Origin: a virus
Length of the DNA stretch: 64,000 nt
Direction: 5' to 3' (one strand)
IMG/VR virus record: IMGVR_UViG_3300009008_002419
Coordinates: 1-64,000 of that record
The number at the start of each line of letters is the position of its first letter. The stretch's first letter is position 1. A program made the position numbers and the translations under genes. The notes under the pieces are model-generated. The model did no database searches. It was given only the letters and a program-made list of their open reading frames with translations, and was not told the origin of the DNA. Shown in pieces: positions 1 to 7,790 of this stretch.

Positions 1-1
1 A

Positions 2-601
2 ATGTTAAAAAAACTTGGGTTTAGATATAACAAACCTGGACACATTAAAAAATTTAGGGTCTTGTCTGATCGGGATCTTAGGTCAGCTGCAATTAGACAA
101 AATTTAGTAGCCCGAACACTTAAGAATAAAGACGGTTCTATAAATAAATATATGGTTAAAATGTATACTCGTGGCCGTTCAGCAAAAGACCGTGTGGCTG
201 ATACTCTTAACTTATCTAAATTTAATAGAAGAATATTAGATAAAGCAGAAAAAAGATTTGAAGATATAGGTGGAACTATTTATCCCACTCCACAAGGTAA
301 AGCCATCGCGGTAAATAAAAAGTATTGGGAGCACTTAAGTAAAGAACAAAGAAGAAATTTTTTAGCTCATGAATCATTTCATGCTAATAACAAAATTTTA
401 GGGCGATCTGAATTCCTAGCTCATTTATATGGTGGTGCAAAATCTCGCTCTAAATTCTTTAGTCAAGAGGGTATTGGTGGTTCAGCCAAAGCGTTTGCTC
501 AAACCCGTCCAGATAGAGTTATTTTAGAATTAGGACTTCCTGCCACGGCCACTGCAATAACAGTTAAGCAAATTAAGAAACGTAAAAATAAGAAAAAGTG
601 A
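2..601 (+). CDS. Basic hypothetical protein with HExxH motif (possibly 5'-truncated)
   Basis: ORF at window edge; LAHESFH zincin-like motif; Lys-rich C-terminus. Confidence 0.6.
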   Translation: MLKKLGFRYNKPGHIKKFRVLSDRDLRSAAIRQNLVARTLKNKDGSINKYMVKMYTRGRSAKDRVADTLNLSKFNRRILDKAEKRFEDIGGTIYPTPQGKAIAVNKKYWEHLSKEQRRNFLAHESFHANNKILGRSEFLAHLYGGAKSRSKFFSQEGIGGSAKAFAQTRPDRVILELGLPATATAITVKQIKKRKNKKK

Positions 602-658
602 TATATTATTTTTTTATAAATTTTTTAAGCGCCTTTTAACAATGGAGTATAATTTATA

Positions 659-1300
659 ATGAGCAAATTTTTTAAAGAGGCTGGAGTTGGCTGGGATATA
701 CAAGCTTATAGTGTATCTCCTGAAAAGTTAGATAATACTCGAGCCGCCTTACAAAAAGCTGAAAAAGCTTATGATAAGAAGCTTAAAGCTACAATTGGAA
801 AAATGCCTTCTCGTACAAAGACTGTGGTAAAGAAAAAATTTTTTGGTTTGATTAAAAATAAAACTAAAAAATTTATGGACTATGACGAATATACTAATAG
901 TCCTAAATATCAAGCCTATCATAAAAAGTGGAAGGCTTATACAAAAAAGAATCCTATGCCTGAGAATGATTGGGAATTTAGGCGCAGACACCGGTTACAC
1001 AGTGATCATAAAAAGTATCCCACAAATTATAAGTTAAATATGAATATTGATGCCGGCTTTAGTAGTAAGTACTCAGGAAAATTAACAGACGAAGTGTATT
1101 CAGACACACCTAAGCGATATAATTTGTCCAAAGCTGAGTTAAGGGAAGCTTTAAAAGAATATAAGGCTAATGCAAAGCACTATAAAAAATCTTACCCTAA
1201 GGATCCTTATATTGATCCAGGAGTAAAGGCTTTTTCTGCAAAAGCTAAAGCTATATTAAAAGACCCTCGCGCTAAAACAATTAGATTTGAATACGAGTAA
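659..1300 (+). CDS. Basic hypothetical protein, candidate internal virion protein
   Basis: GGAG RBS; N-terminus MSKFFKEA carries the KxA motif. Confidence 0.65.
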   Translation: MSKFFKEAGVGWDIQAYSVSPEKLDNTRAALQKAEKAYDKKLKATIGKMPSRTKTVVKKKFFGLIKNKTKKFMDYDEYTNSPKYQAYHKKWKAYTKKNPMPENDWEFRRRHRLHSDHKKYPTNYKLNMNIDAGFSSKYSGKLTDEVYSDTPKRYNLSKAELREALKEYKANAKHYKKSYPKDPYIDPGVKAFSAKAKAILKDPRAKTIRFEYE

Positions 1301-1338
1301 CACATAAATCTCAACAAAGAAAGTGTGTAGGTGTAATA

Positions 1339-1860
1339 ATGATTAAAACACTAGTAAAAGAAATAGAAACTCGGAATAAACTACTACGTACCTTGTTAGA
1401 CCCAGATATTAATGGTGACTTTTATAGTAATATTCTCAAAACTATTCTTGAGGTTTCTCACAGTCAGTTTGGTTTTATAGGATACTCAGCTGAAGATACC
1501 GGCGATTTAGTCTGTCCGACTATGACTCACGATATCTGGGAGAAATGTCAGGTACCTGAGAAGGGCCTGATTTTCCCATTTGAAACATGGGGGCACTCTT
1601 GTGTATCTTCAGCTGAGTGTCTAAAGACCGGAGAAATAATAGTTAAGAATTCTTCTCCTCATAAAGTCCCTGAAGGGCACCTTTCTTTAGATCGCTCAAT
1701 CTCGATCCCGCTCAAGTCAGGATATAATGGTGAGCGTGAAACAATAGGAATAATAATCCTTGCTAATAAAGAAACTGATTATACGGAAGATGATATTAAG
1801 TTTTTAGAAACGTTAGCGGACACTCTAGGTCCGATGATAGATTTTAAGAGGCATGAGTAA
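1339..1860 (+). CDS. Stand-alone GAF domain protein
   Basis: FGFIGY, PEGHLSLDRSISIPL, IGIIILANKETDYTEDDIKFLETLA are typical of GAF sensor domains. Confidence 0.8.
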   Translation: MIKTLVKEIETRNKLLRTLLDPDINGDFYSNILKTILEVSHSQFGFIGYSAEDTGDLVCPTMTHDIWEKCQVPEKGLIFPFETWGHSCVSSAECLKTGEIIVKNSSPHKVPEGHLSLDRSISIPLKSGYNGERETIGIIILANKETDYTEDDIKFLETLADTLGPMIDFKRHE

Positions 1861-1894
1861 TAAAGTAACACATACACACAAAGGAAAGTATTAA

Positions 1895-2237
1895 ATGGAT
1901 AAAGCAGAAAAAGTATTTATAAAGTATGCGGCTGAAACAGGCGCAGTTGTAGGTAATTTATTAGGTGGCCCTCTCAGGGGCGGCAATAGGTGCTGGTAAA
2001 GATCGTCGTAGTCGTACATTTGGTGGCGCATGGTTAGGCGCTTTTCCTGGTGGCGTTTTAGCAAGCCTTGGTGCTTTTAAAGGGAAACTACCTTTACAGC
2101 TTGCAGGTTCTGCAATAGGAGCTCTTGGCGGAACCTTTGGTGCTTATAAAGGTTATCAGTCAGCAGTAAAGCGTAATAAAGAACATAATAAATTACGCAG
2201 TACTAGGAATAAACTTCGAACGGGACCGTTGGAATAG
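1895..2237 (+). pseudogene. Gly-rich basic protein interrupted by a single-base frameshift near 1976
   Basis: AAGGAAAG then ATG at 1895 reads MDKAEKVFIKYAAETGAVVGNLLGGPL; removing one base joins it to GAAIGAGKDRR of ORF 1965..2237; N-terminus parallels ORF 5272. Confidence 0.7.
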
Positions 2238-2274
2238 AAAAGATAGTAAAGTAAGATAATACTTAAGGTACTTA

Positions 2275-2643
2275 ATGAACAAACAAGCACTATCACCTAA
2301 AACACTTGCTCGTGCAAAAGCGCTTCGCGCTACGAGAATGCAGGCAACACAGGATAAAGCAGAGAGAGTGTGGCAATACAAGCAACACCTTATTCACTCT
2401 TCTAAATTCCGTGCCTTTGTAACTCCATTCTCTACTCGTAGGCGCAGAATCTTTCGGGAAGAGAAAAAGTATAAGGCATTAGAGAAAGATGTGGATAGGC
2501 AGCGGTCTAAGTGGAGGCGTACGAAGAACAGGCTTGAAAAGAATCCGATACCTAAAGCTGAAGTAGTTCCATTCCCAACTCAAAAAAAGCATAAAGCCAT
2601 TATAATGCCTTTATCAAGTCACCCAGCATTTAAGCAGTCATAG
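2275..2643 (+). CDS. Arg/Lys-rich hypothetical protein (KQALSPKT family)
   Basis: ORF; module shared with 2659..3177 and 5919..6710. Confidence 0.65.
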   Translation: MNKQALSPKTLARAKALRATRMQATQDKAERVWQYKQHLIHSSKFRAFVTPFSTRRRRIFREEKKYKALEKDVDRQRSKWRRTKNRLEKNPIPKAEVVPFPTQKKHKAIIMPLSSHPAFKQS

Positions 2644-2658
2644 AAAGTAAGTAAGTAA

Positions 2659-3177
2659 GTGGATAAAGCTACAGATAAAGCGCAACACATCTTTGAAAAA
2701 ATAGCCAAGCAATACGTAGGTCCAGGCGGAGGCACAGGCGTTACTCATAAGGGTACAGGTAAAGGCGGCATGCCTGCTGGTTATGATATTATCGATATCA
2801 ACAAGAAAAAGAAAAAGGGCATGATTACAAACTTTTTCGCTAAAACTGCAAAGAAAAAGTGTAAGAGTAAAAGTAAAAAAGTGCTCAAAACTACAACCAA
2901 GCAATTAGTCAAACAAGCACTCTCCCCCAAAACTATGGAACTCGCCCGAAGGGCAAGGTCAACTCGCTTAGACGCCACATGGAAAAAGATGGAGTCCTTT
3001 CGTCGTAAAGCCGATAAAGTAGAAAAGCATAAGTACTCTCTAAACCCTATCGTTAGCATCCGCGCGCGTAATCTTCATAAGTCATACCAGCAAACTGCTG
3101 ATAATATCGGCAAACGTTACCTCGCTGACTCGGACAAACTTTCACGCACGTACAGACGGATGTCCCCTCGTAAATAA
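2659..3177 (+). CDS. Lys-rich hypothetical protein (KQALSPKT family)
   Basis: GTG start; FEKIA, FAKTA and VKQA motifs. Confidence 0.65.
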   Translation: MDKATDKAQHIFEKIAKQYVGPGGGTGVTHKGTGKGGMPAGYDIIDINKKKKKGMITNFFAKTAKKKCKSKSKKVLKTTTKQLVKQALSPKTMELARRARSTRLDATWKKMESFRRKADKVEKHKYSLNPIVSIRARNLHKSYQQTADNIGKRYLADSDKLSRTYRRMSPRK

Positions 3178-3192
3178 GGTATAAGAATTATG
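3178..3192 (+). promoter_or_regulatory. GGTATAAG-class promoter motif
   Basis: GGTATAAGAATTATG, identical to 3685-3699, directly before a GAGGAGG RBS. Confidence 0.65.
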
Positions 3193-3203
3193 AGGAGGTC
3201 ACG

Positions 3204-3398
3204 ATGGCACGTAAACACAAAAAGGAAAAGTGTCGCCTTATCGATTCACTCGTCAACCAAAACCCTCGAGAGCCCAAAGCTCCTCAGGAGTATGCTGAAG
3301 ACACAAATCGGCACGGCATCTTGAGGATCACTACGATCAAGCCCAAACGTAAGCCCACATCCAAACAGAGCCCGAAACAGCAAGGGAGTAAAGTATGA
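3204..3398 (+). CDS. Small basic hypothetical protein
   Basis: Strong GAGGAGGT RBS. Confidence 0.65.
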   Translation: MARKHKKEKCRLIDSLVNQNPREPKAPQEYAEDTNRHGILRITTIKPKRKPTSKQSPKQQGSKV

Positions 3399-3577
3399 GT
3401 CTTAATACTCAGCGAGGTATGTATTTTACTGACGGACATCGTAACAGTGTTATAGCGCAGAAGCTCAACGGCACTCTTTCAAACGGTTCCATCGGAACTA
3501 AATGCACAAACCGAACCAAGCCTAAGAAGAAAAGAAGCAGACATTCTTCCAGGCGCAAGAAAAACCGGAAACGCTAA
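3395..3577 (+). CDS. Small basic hypothetical protein
   Basis: GGGAG RBS; ATGA overlap with upstream stop. Confidence 0.6.
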   Translation: MSLNTQRGMYFTDGHRNSVIAQKLNGTLSNGSIGTKCTNRTKPKKKRSRHSSRRKKNRKR

Positions 3578-3590
3578 CGCGTATCCACTA

Positions 3591-3610
3591 GTTCTTTGAC
3601 AACTGAATAA
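3591..3610 (+). promoter_or_regulatory. boxA-like antitermination element
   Basis: GTTCTTTGACAACTGAATAA resembles rRNA-operon boxA-region sequences (GTTCTTTGAAAACTGAAT type). Confidence 0.4.
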
Positions 3611-3647
3611 CTTCACTACACCCACAGTACACTTTAGGAGGTTTTGT

Positions 3648-3674
3648 ATGGCACCTAAAGACCCTGAACCATAG
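3648..3674 (+). CDS. 8-aa micro-ORF MAPKDPEP
   Basis: TAGGAGGT RBS at normal spacing. Confidence 0.35.
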   Translation: MAPKDPEP

Positions 3675-3684
3675 TCATAATATG

Positions 3685-3699
3685 GGTATAAGAATTATG
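3685..3699 (+). promoter_or_regulatory. GGTATAAG-class promoter motif
   Basis: GGTATAAGAATTATG repeat before a GGAGGT RBS. Confidence 0.65.
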
Positions 3700-3710
3700 G
3701 AGGTGGTCTT

Positions 3711-3896
3711 ATGGCCCAATTAACGGATGACAAACGCAAACAGGCGGAAAAACAACTTCTCGCTCTCCGAGCTGAAGTCAAGCGAGTTACTAGCGTTGCC
3801 AAAACATTCGAAGAGCTCGCGTCCAAGAAGCGCAAACAAGTCGAAGATCTTAAGGAAGACATTCGCGGTCTTCAGGAGATGCTTCGCAACAAATAG
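3711..3896 (+). CDS. Small coiled-coil protein
   Basis: GGAGGTGG RBS; heptad pattern. Confidence 0.7.
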   Translation: MAQLTDDKRKQAEKQLLALRAEVKRVTSVAKTFEELASKKRKQVEDLKEDIRGLQEMLRNK

Positions 3897-3913
3897 GAAC
3901 CTCCGGGTTCCTT
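3895..3913 (+). terminator. Hairpin, possible terminator
   Basis: AGGAACC-TCCG-GGTTCCT followed by TAGCTTAAAA; weak U tract. Confidence 0.45.
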
Positions 3914-3948
3914 AGCTTAAAATACTATAACACAATTCTTAGTTTTAT

Positions 3949-3959
3949 GGTATAAGATA
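3949..3959 (+). promoter_or_regulatory. GGTATAAG-class promoter motif
   Basis: TGGTATAAGATA in the intergenic region upstream of 4058. Confidence 0.55.
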
Positions 3960-4057
3960 AGTAAGTAAGATTTATCTTCTTTTAGCAATCGATTTTTACT
4001 CAAGCGAAAAGTTCGTTTTGTTTTAGATTGAGATTTAGTGAAGGAGCTAATTAATTA

Positions 4058-5020
4058 ATGGCTAAGCGTAAGAAAGCTAAAACTAAAGCCACCAAAGCTG
4101 GTAAGAAAGTTACCAAGCGCAAACGCAATATCAGTGTCCGTGTTAATCAGTCCGTAACTGGGCGTTTGTACAACGTGGGCGGTGAAAAGATTATCCGCCT
4201 TGAAGTTGACAACATGACCAAGGGTAAAGGTCAAACTGACAACGCTAACACTACTATCGACAAAGCTAACAAGGCCATGGAAGAGGCACTCTTCATTGCT
4301 AAGGATCTAGCTCGTGAATGGGATGGGTTCTTAAAGGGTGATGGTTGTGTGAGAATTGCAGCAGCCAGTAAAGCTCACCGTGCAAAAGGCCAGTTTTATC
4401 CACAGATTATCTTTGGGAACACGGATCGTGAACTCATGGAGAATGTGGTTAAAGCTATCGCCGGATCCGGACGCTGGGGTAAAGCCCGTCGTTTACCGAG
4501 CGGTAAAATGTACTACACGTACATTTATTCCAAGTCTCGCGATGTTGTAAAGATTGCTCAGTATGCTGCTCAGAAAATGACACGCTGCCATAGGCAGCAG
4601 AAGCTCGCTCTTGTAGCTTCTTATCCTGTCTTCACTCCTGGCCGTATGACCGATGCGCAGCGAAAGTTTCGCCTGGACTGGCTGAAGAAGTGGGATGCAT
4701 TGTTAAAGCAGCAGAAGAAAGAAATGAAGAACTGGAATGAACCTGTTGTTAAGCGTCGTTCCTCTGCTTCGGACATCGTGAAACGCATTAGTACCGCCCT
4801 CGAAGAAGCCAAGGAAAAGCCTTTCTCTGGCACTAAGGTAGAAGTAATTTCTGAAACTCCTATCGTCGACGAGGTCGTCAAAGTAAAAGTTGCGAAAAAG
4901 CCTACTGCGAAAAAGAAAGTGGTTAAGCGCCCGACAGCTAAAGCTGCGAAAAAGGGAGCTAAAAAGATTCGCAAGAGTCTGCCCACTACCCGCAATAAGC
5001 GCAATCGCAAAAAGAAGTAG
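4058..5020 (+). CDS. LAGLIDADG-fold-like protein with histone-H1-like Lys/Ala tails
   Basis: WDGFLKGDGCV followed by YPQIIFGNTDRELMENV resembles single-motif LAGLIDADG proteins; KKPTAKKK-type tails; AAGGAG RBS. Confidence 0.55.
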   Translation: MAKRKKAKTKATKAGKKVTKRKRNISVRVNQSVTGRLYNVGGEKIIRLEVDNMTKGKGQTDNANTTIDKANKAMEEALFIAKDLAREWDGFLKGDGCVRIAAASKAHRAKGQFYPQIIFGNTDRELMENVVKAIAGSGRWGKARRLPSGKMYYTYIYSKSRDVVKIAQYAAQKMTRCHRQQKLALVASYPVFTPGRMTDAQRKFRLDWLKKWDALLKQQKKEMKNWNEPVVKRRSSASDIVKRISTALEEAKEKPFSGTKVEVISETPIVDEVVKVKVAKKPTAKKKVVKRPTAKAAKKGAKKIRKSLPTTRNKRNRKKK

Positions 5021-5036
5021 TGAAGTTATTCAATTA

Positions 5037-5144
5037 GAGTGTAAGTGTGTGATTAATATGCCTGACATGGATCAAACCTCCGTTGTGGAAACGCAGGCCC
5101 CAGCAGGCTAGCCTAGGCGCTTAAGCCTAATCCACCATACACTC
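5037..5144 (+). ncRNA. Candidate structured RNA (108 nt)
   Basis: Nested pairings GAGTGTA/TACACTC, GATTA/TAATC, GCCTG/CAGGC and a GAAA-capped hairpin. Confidence 0.4.
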
Positions 5145-5146
5145 GG

Positions 5147-5240
5147 AAGAAGAACATCTGATAATATGGCCATACTTGGGCTCACGCCCTCGTATCCTCC
5201 CAGTTATCATCACCTCCTTTCCAGGGTGTTCTTCTTTTTA
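5147..5240 (+). other. Long stem-loop containing an anti-Shine-Dalgarno sequence, followed by a U tract
   Basis: AAGAAGAACATCTG pairs with CAGGGTGTTCTTCTT; ATCACCTCCTTT at 5209-5220. Confidence 0.5.
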
Positions 5241-5271
5241 GCTTAAAAATTTAAATAAATAAAGGTATCAA

Positions 5272-5658
5272 ATGAATAAAGCACAAGAAGTTTTTACAAA
5301 GTATGCTCTTTCACAAGGAGCTTTAACGGCCGCTGGCGCTGGGGTAATGACTGGGATTGGTTACTTAGGTTTTAGATCTAAACGTAAAGGAGAATCTACA
5401 GGGAAGGGTCAGGCTAAAGCTGTTGGACTTGGTGCCGCCTGGGGTGCAACTGCAGCAGGGATTGGTGGGAAAACCATGACTAAAACTTTAATGAAAGATC
5501 CAAAAACTTTTGAGATAGGGGCTAATTTAGCTTCAAAATTTTCTACACCTCGTGGTAAAGCTCTTGCCATGGCAGGTGGTGCACTAATTGGTGTAACAGG
5601 CGCTCCTATATATCATGGTCTTGGTAGATTATTTGGAAAAAAGAAAAAGGATAAGTAA
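5272..5658 (+). CDS. Gly/Ala-rich (glycine-zipper-like) basic protein, candidate virion cargo
   Basis: MNKAQEVFTKYA leader; GxxxG repeats. Confidence 0.7.
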   Translation: MNKAQEVFTKYALSQGALTAAGAGVMTGIGYLGFRSKRKGESTGKGQAKAVGLGAAWGATAAGIGGKTMTKTLMKDPKTFEIGANLASKFSTPRGKALAMAGGALIGVTGAPIYHGLGRLFGKKKKDK

Positions 5659-5660
5659 GA

Positions 5661-5909
5661 ATGGCCAAAACACCCAAATTTTTCAGTGCGCTTACGCGCA
5701 AAATTAAACCTAAGACAACTGTCCCTATATCAACTCATCCAGAGTTCTACCGACCAAAGGGTAAGAAGTTTGCTCGTAAGGGTCGCACGCGTGTGCGTAC
5801 TATGAGCGCTATAACACGTGATTATCTCAAACGCATGGATGGCAATATTAAGGGTAAGTTCTTCGGCAACACTGAACCTGGAGTAGGTTCTTACAAAGCG
5901 AAATGGTAG
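5661..5909 (+). CDS. Small basic hypothetical protein
   Basis: AAGGA RBS; tightly packed ORF. Confidence 0.6.
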   Translation: MAKTPKFFSALTRKIKPKTTVPISTHPEFYRPKGKKFARKGRTRVRTMSAITRDYLKRMDGNIKGKFFGNTEPGVGSYKAKW

Positions 5910-5918
5910 TAACTACTT

Positions 5919-6710
5919 ATGCCCGCACCAGGATTTTTTCATAATATCGCAACGCGACTTCGTCTCAAGCTTGATGAGCATGAGAAGAAGCGCATTATGT
6001 CTAAGCGTAAAAAGCTGGACAAAAAATTAAAAACTCTTATAGATATAGAAAAGAAGCATCTCATGAATCTTAAAGATGACGCAATTAAAGAAACACAAAA
6101 AGTGGTTGAGCCTTTAACAAAACTAGGTTTTCGTAAAGAAGCAATTTCTAAAACGACAGCTCAAGTTGCGCGGGTAAAAGCAACAGCACGCCTGGATGCT
6201 ACACGCGTTCTGGCTGACGAAGCCTTCAAGAAAAAAGACTTTACGACATATCGCGCTCTTCTGGCAAAACTTAAGAAGTATGATAAGAATGAGAAGACAT
6301 TCTCTCAATACATCCACAAAGCGGCTCAGCAGAAACAATCTGCTGTTACAGTCGAAAGCATAGAACGTCGTATTGGTACTTATTTCAATGATAAGGAAGA
6401 AGAGACAGTACGTCGAATGATTGGACAGCAAAAGTCTCAGCGCTTCGCTCTCAGACATCCAGTACTCACAGGCATTCCAACTCTCGGGCGCGCTCCCGCG
6501 CTAGCGGAAAGGGATGCTAAACGTGCAGTTGTACACTCTCTTTTACGTAAAAAGTTGAAATATCAAAAGTCTTTAAAAGAAAAGCAAGAACTTGATCACA
6601 AGCGTATGTTAGAAAAAACTCGTGCGGATATGCCTAAAACCATTACAACTAAAGCAATTACAGCAGCTATGGCCGCTGCAACAGCGGGTAAAGCCTTAAG
6701 TTATTTATAG
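5919..6710 (+). CDS. Basic multi-segment hypothetical protein
   Basis: Internal RKEAIS...RLDAT module similar to ORFs 2275 and 2659. Confidence 0.65.
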   Translation: MPAPGFFHNIATRLRLKLDEHEKKRIMSKRKKLDKKLKTLIDIEKKHLMNLKDDAIKETQKVVEPLTKLGFRKEAISKTTAQVARVKATARLDATRVLADEAFKKKDFTTYRALLAKLKKYDKNEKTFSQYIHKAAQQKQSAVTVESIERRIGTYFNDKEEETVRRMIGQQKSQRFALRHPVLTGIPTLGRAPALAERDAKRAVVHSLLRKKLKYQKSLKEKQELDHKRMLEKTRADMPKTITTKAITAAMAAATAGKALSYL

Positions 6711-6726
6711 TTAACGAAAATTTTAC

Positions 6727-6755
6727 TTTACAAAATTTAAGTAAAGCACTATATT
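6727..6755 (+). promoter_or_regulatory. sigma70-type promoter
   Basis: TTTACA-N17-TATATT. Confidence 0.6.
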
Positions 6756-6791
6756 AATGTAAGTAATTCAACAGGTTATAAACCAAAGATC

Positions 6792-6986
6792 ATGGGCAAG
6801 ACAAGAAAAAATAATAAGAATTATAAGGGTAACGACTTCCCTAAAATGAAACGACCGCAGAAGTCAAAAAAAGATAGGCACAAACAAATTCATCCATATC
6901 AGCGGTATGGCCCTCAGTATTATGACGATGATATAAATGAGGGAGAATTTTCACAGTTCTTCGATGATGATGAAGACGAAACTTAA
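6792..6986 (+). CDS. Small protein with basic N-half and acidic C-half
   Basis: ORF downstream of promoter. Confidence 0.6.
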   Translation: MGKTRKNNKNYKGNDFPKMKRPQKSKKDRHKQIHPYQRYGPQYYDDDINEGEFSQFFDDDEDET

Positions 6987-7014
6987 CAATATTTAAAAGG
7001 CGGATTTTAATAAA

Positions 7015-7776
7015 ATGGCAAAAGACAAGAAAAAAAAGAAACCTGTAAAGACATATCCAATTAGTCGTGCGTTGACTTCTATGGTTCCAGCGGGCATAGC
7101 TGCGGGACTTGGTGGAGTAGGTGGTTTAGCAGTGGGCTCTGGGTATGGTAAAGGTGTTGGGCGTTTGGTAGCATCTTTAGGCGGCGGCGCTTTAGGTGCA
7201 GCTTATGGTGGTACAATGATTGGCGGGTCTACTCTATTAAATAGACACATTCATGCTCGTGCACTCGCGGGACGTGAGGTACTAAATAAAAGAGATTGGG
7301 GAAGTGAAAAGCTTCTGAAGAAAGCTGATTTTGATAAGGCTGAGGTTGCTTTTATTAAAGAGTATTTTGATTTCGCTGAAAAGAAGGATCCTGGGTATTG
7401 GGCTTCTAATATGGCAGCATCTAGAGCACGGCGAGAGTCCGATAAAGGCTTTGGTAAGCTTATTGCAAAGCCTGAATTAATTAAAGCACGGATTAAAGGC
7501 AAGCTTGTTGGAGGCGGTAAAGGTCTGGCAGCTGGCGCTGCAGCGGGCGCAGTGGCAGGAGCAGCTATTACTAAGTCACGTGTAGGCGCGGGCATTGGCG
7601 CAACATTGAGTGGTTTATATGGTGGTGTCATCGGTGGTGTTTTAGGTCGTTACCAAGCTGATAAAAAATATTTAAAAGCTCGGGGAATTACTGTCAAAGA
7701 CGGTAAGACTCAATTAGATGATAACGCTAAAGCTAGGTACTTACATAAAAAGTATAAAGGTGGCGGCTACGAATAG
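7015..7776 (+). CDS. Two-module glycine-zipper-like protein
   Basis: Two GxxxG-rich segments separated by LLKKADFDKAEVAFIK. Confidence 0.7.
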   Translation: MAKDKKKKKPVKTYPISRALTSMVPAGIAAGLGGVGGLAVGSGYGKGVGRLVASLGGGALGAAYGGTMIGGSTLLNRHIHARALAGREVLNKRDWGSEKLLKKADFDKAEVAFIKEYFDFAEKKDPGYWASNMAASRARRESDKGFGKLIAKPELIKARIKGKLVGGGKGLAAGAAAGAVAGAAITKSRVGAGIGATLSGLYGGVIGGVLGRYQADKKYLKARGITVKDGKTQLDDNAKARYLHKKYKGGGYE

Positions 7777-7790
7777 TAGATCATTTAACC

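Noticed and set aside
5037-5144. c-di-GMP riboswitch or SRP RNA
   Set aside because: Only fragments (CAAACC, GAAA, AGCAG) resemble the consensus and their order and pairing do not fit
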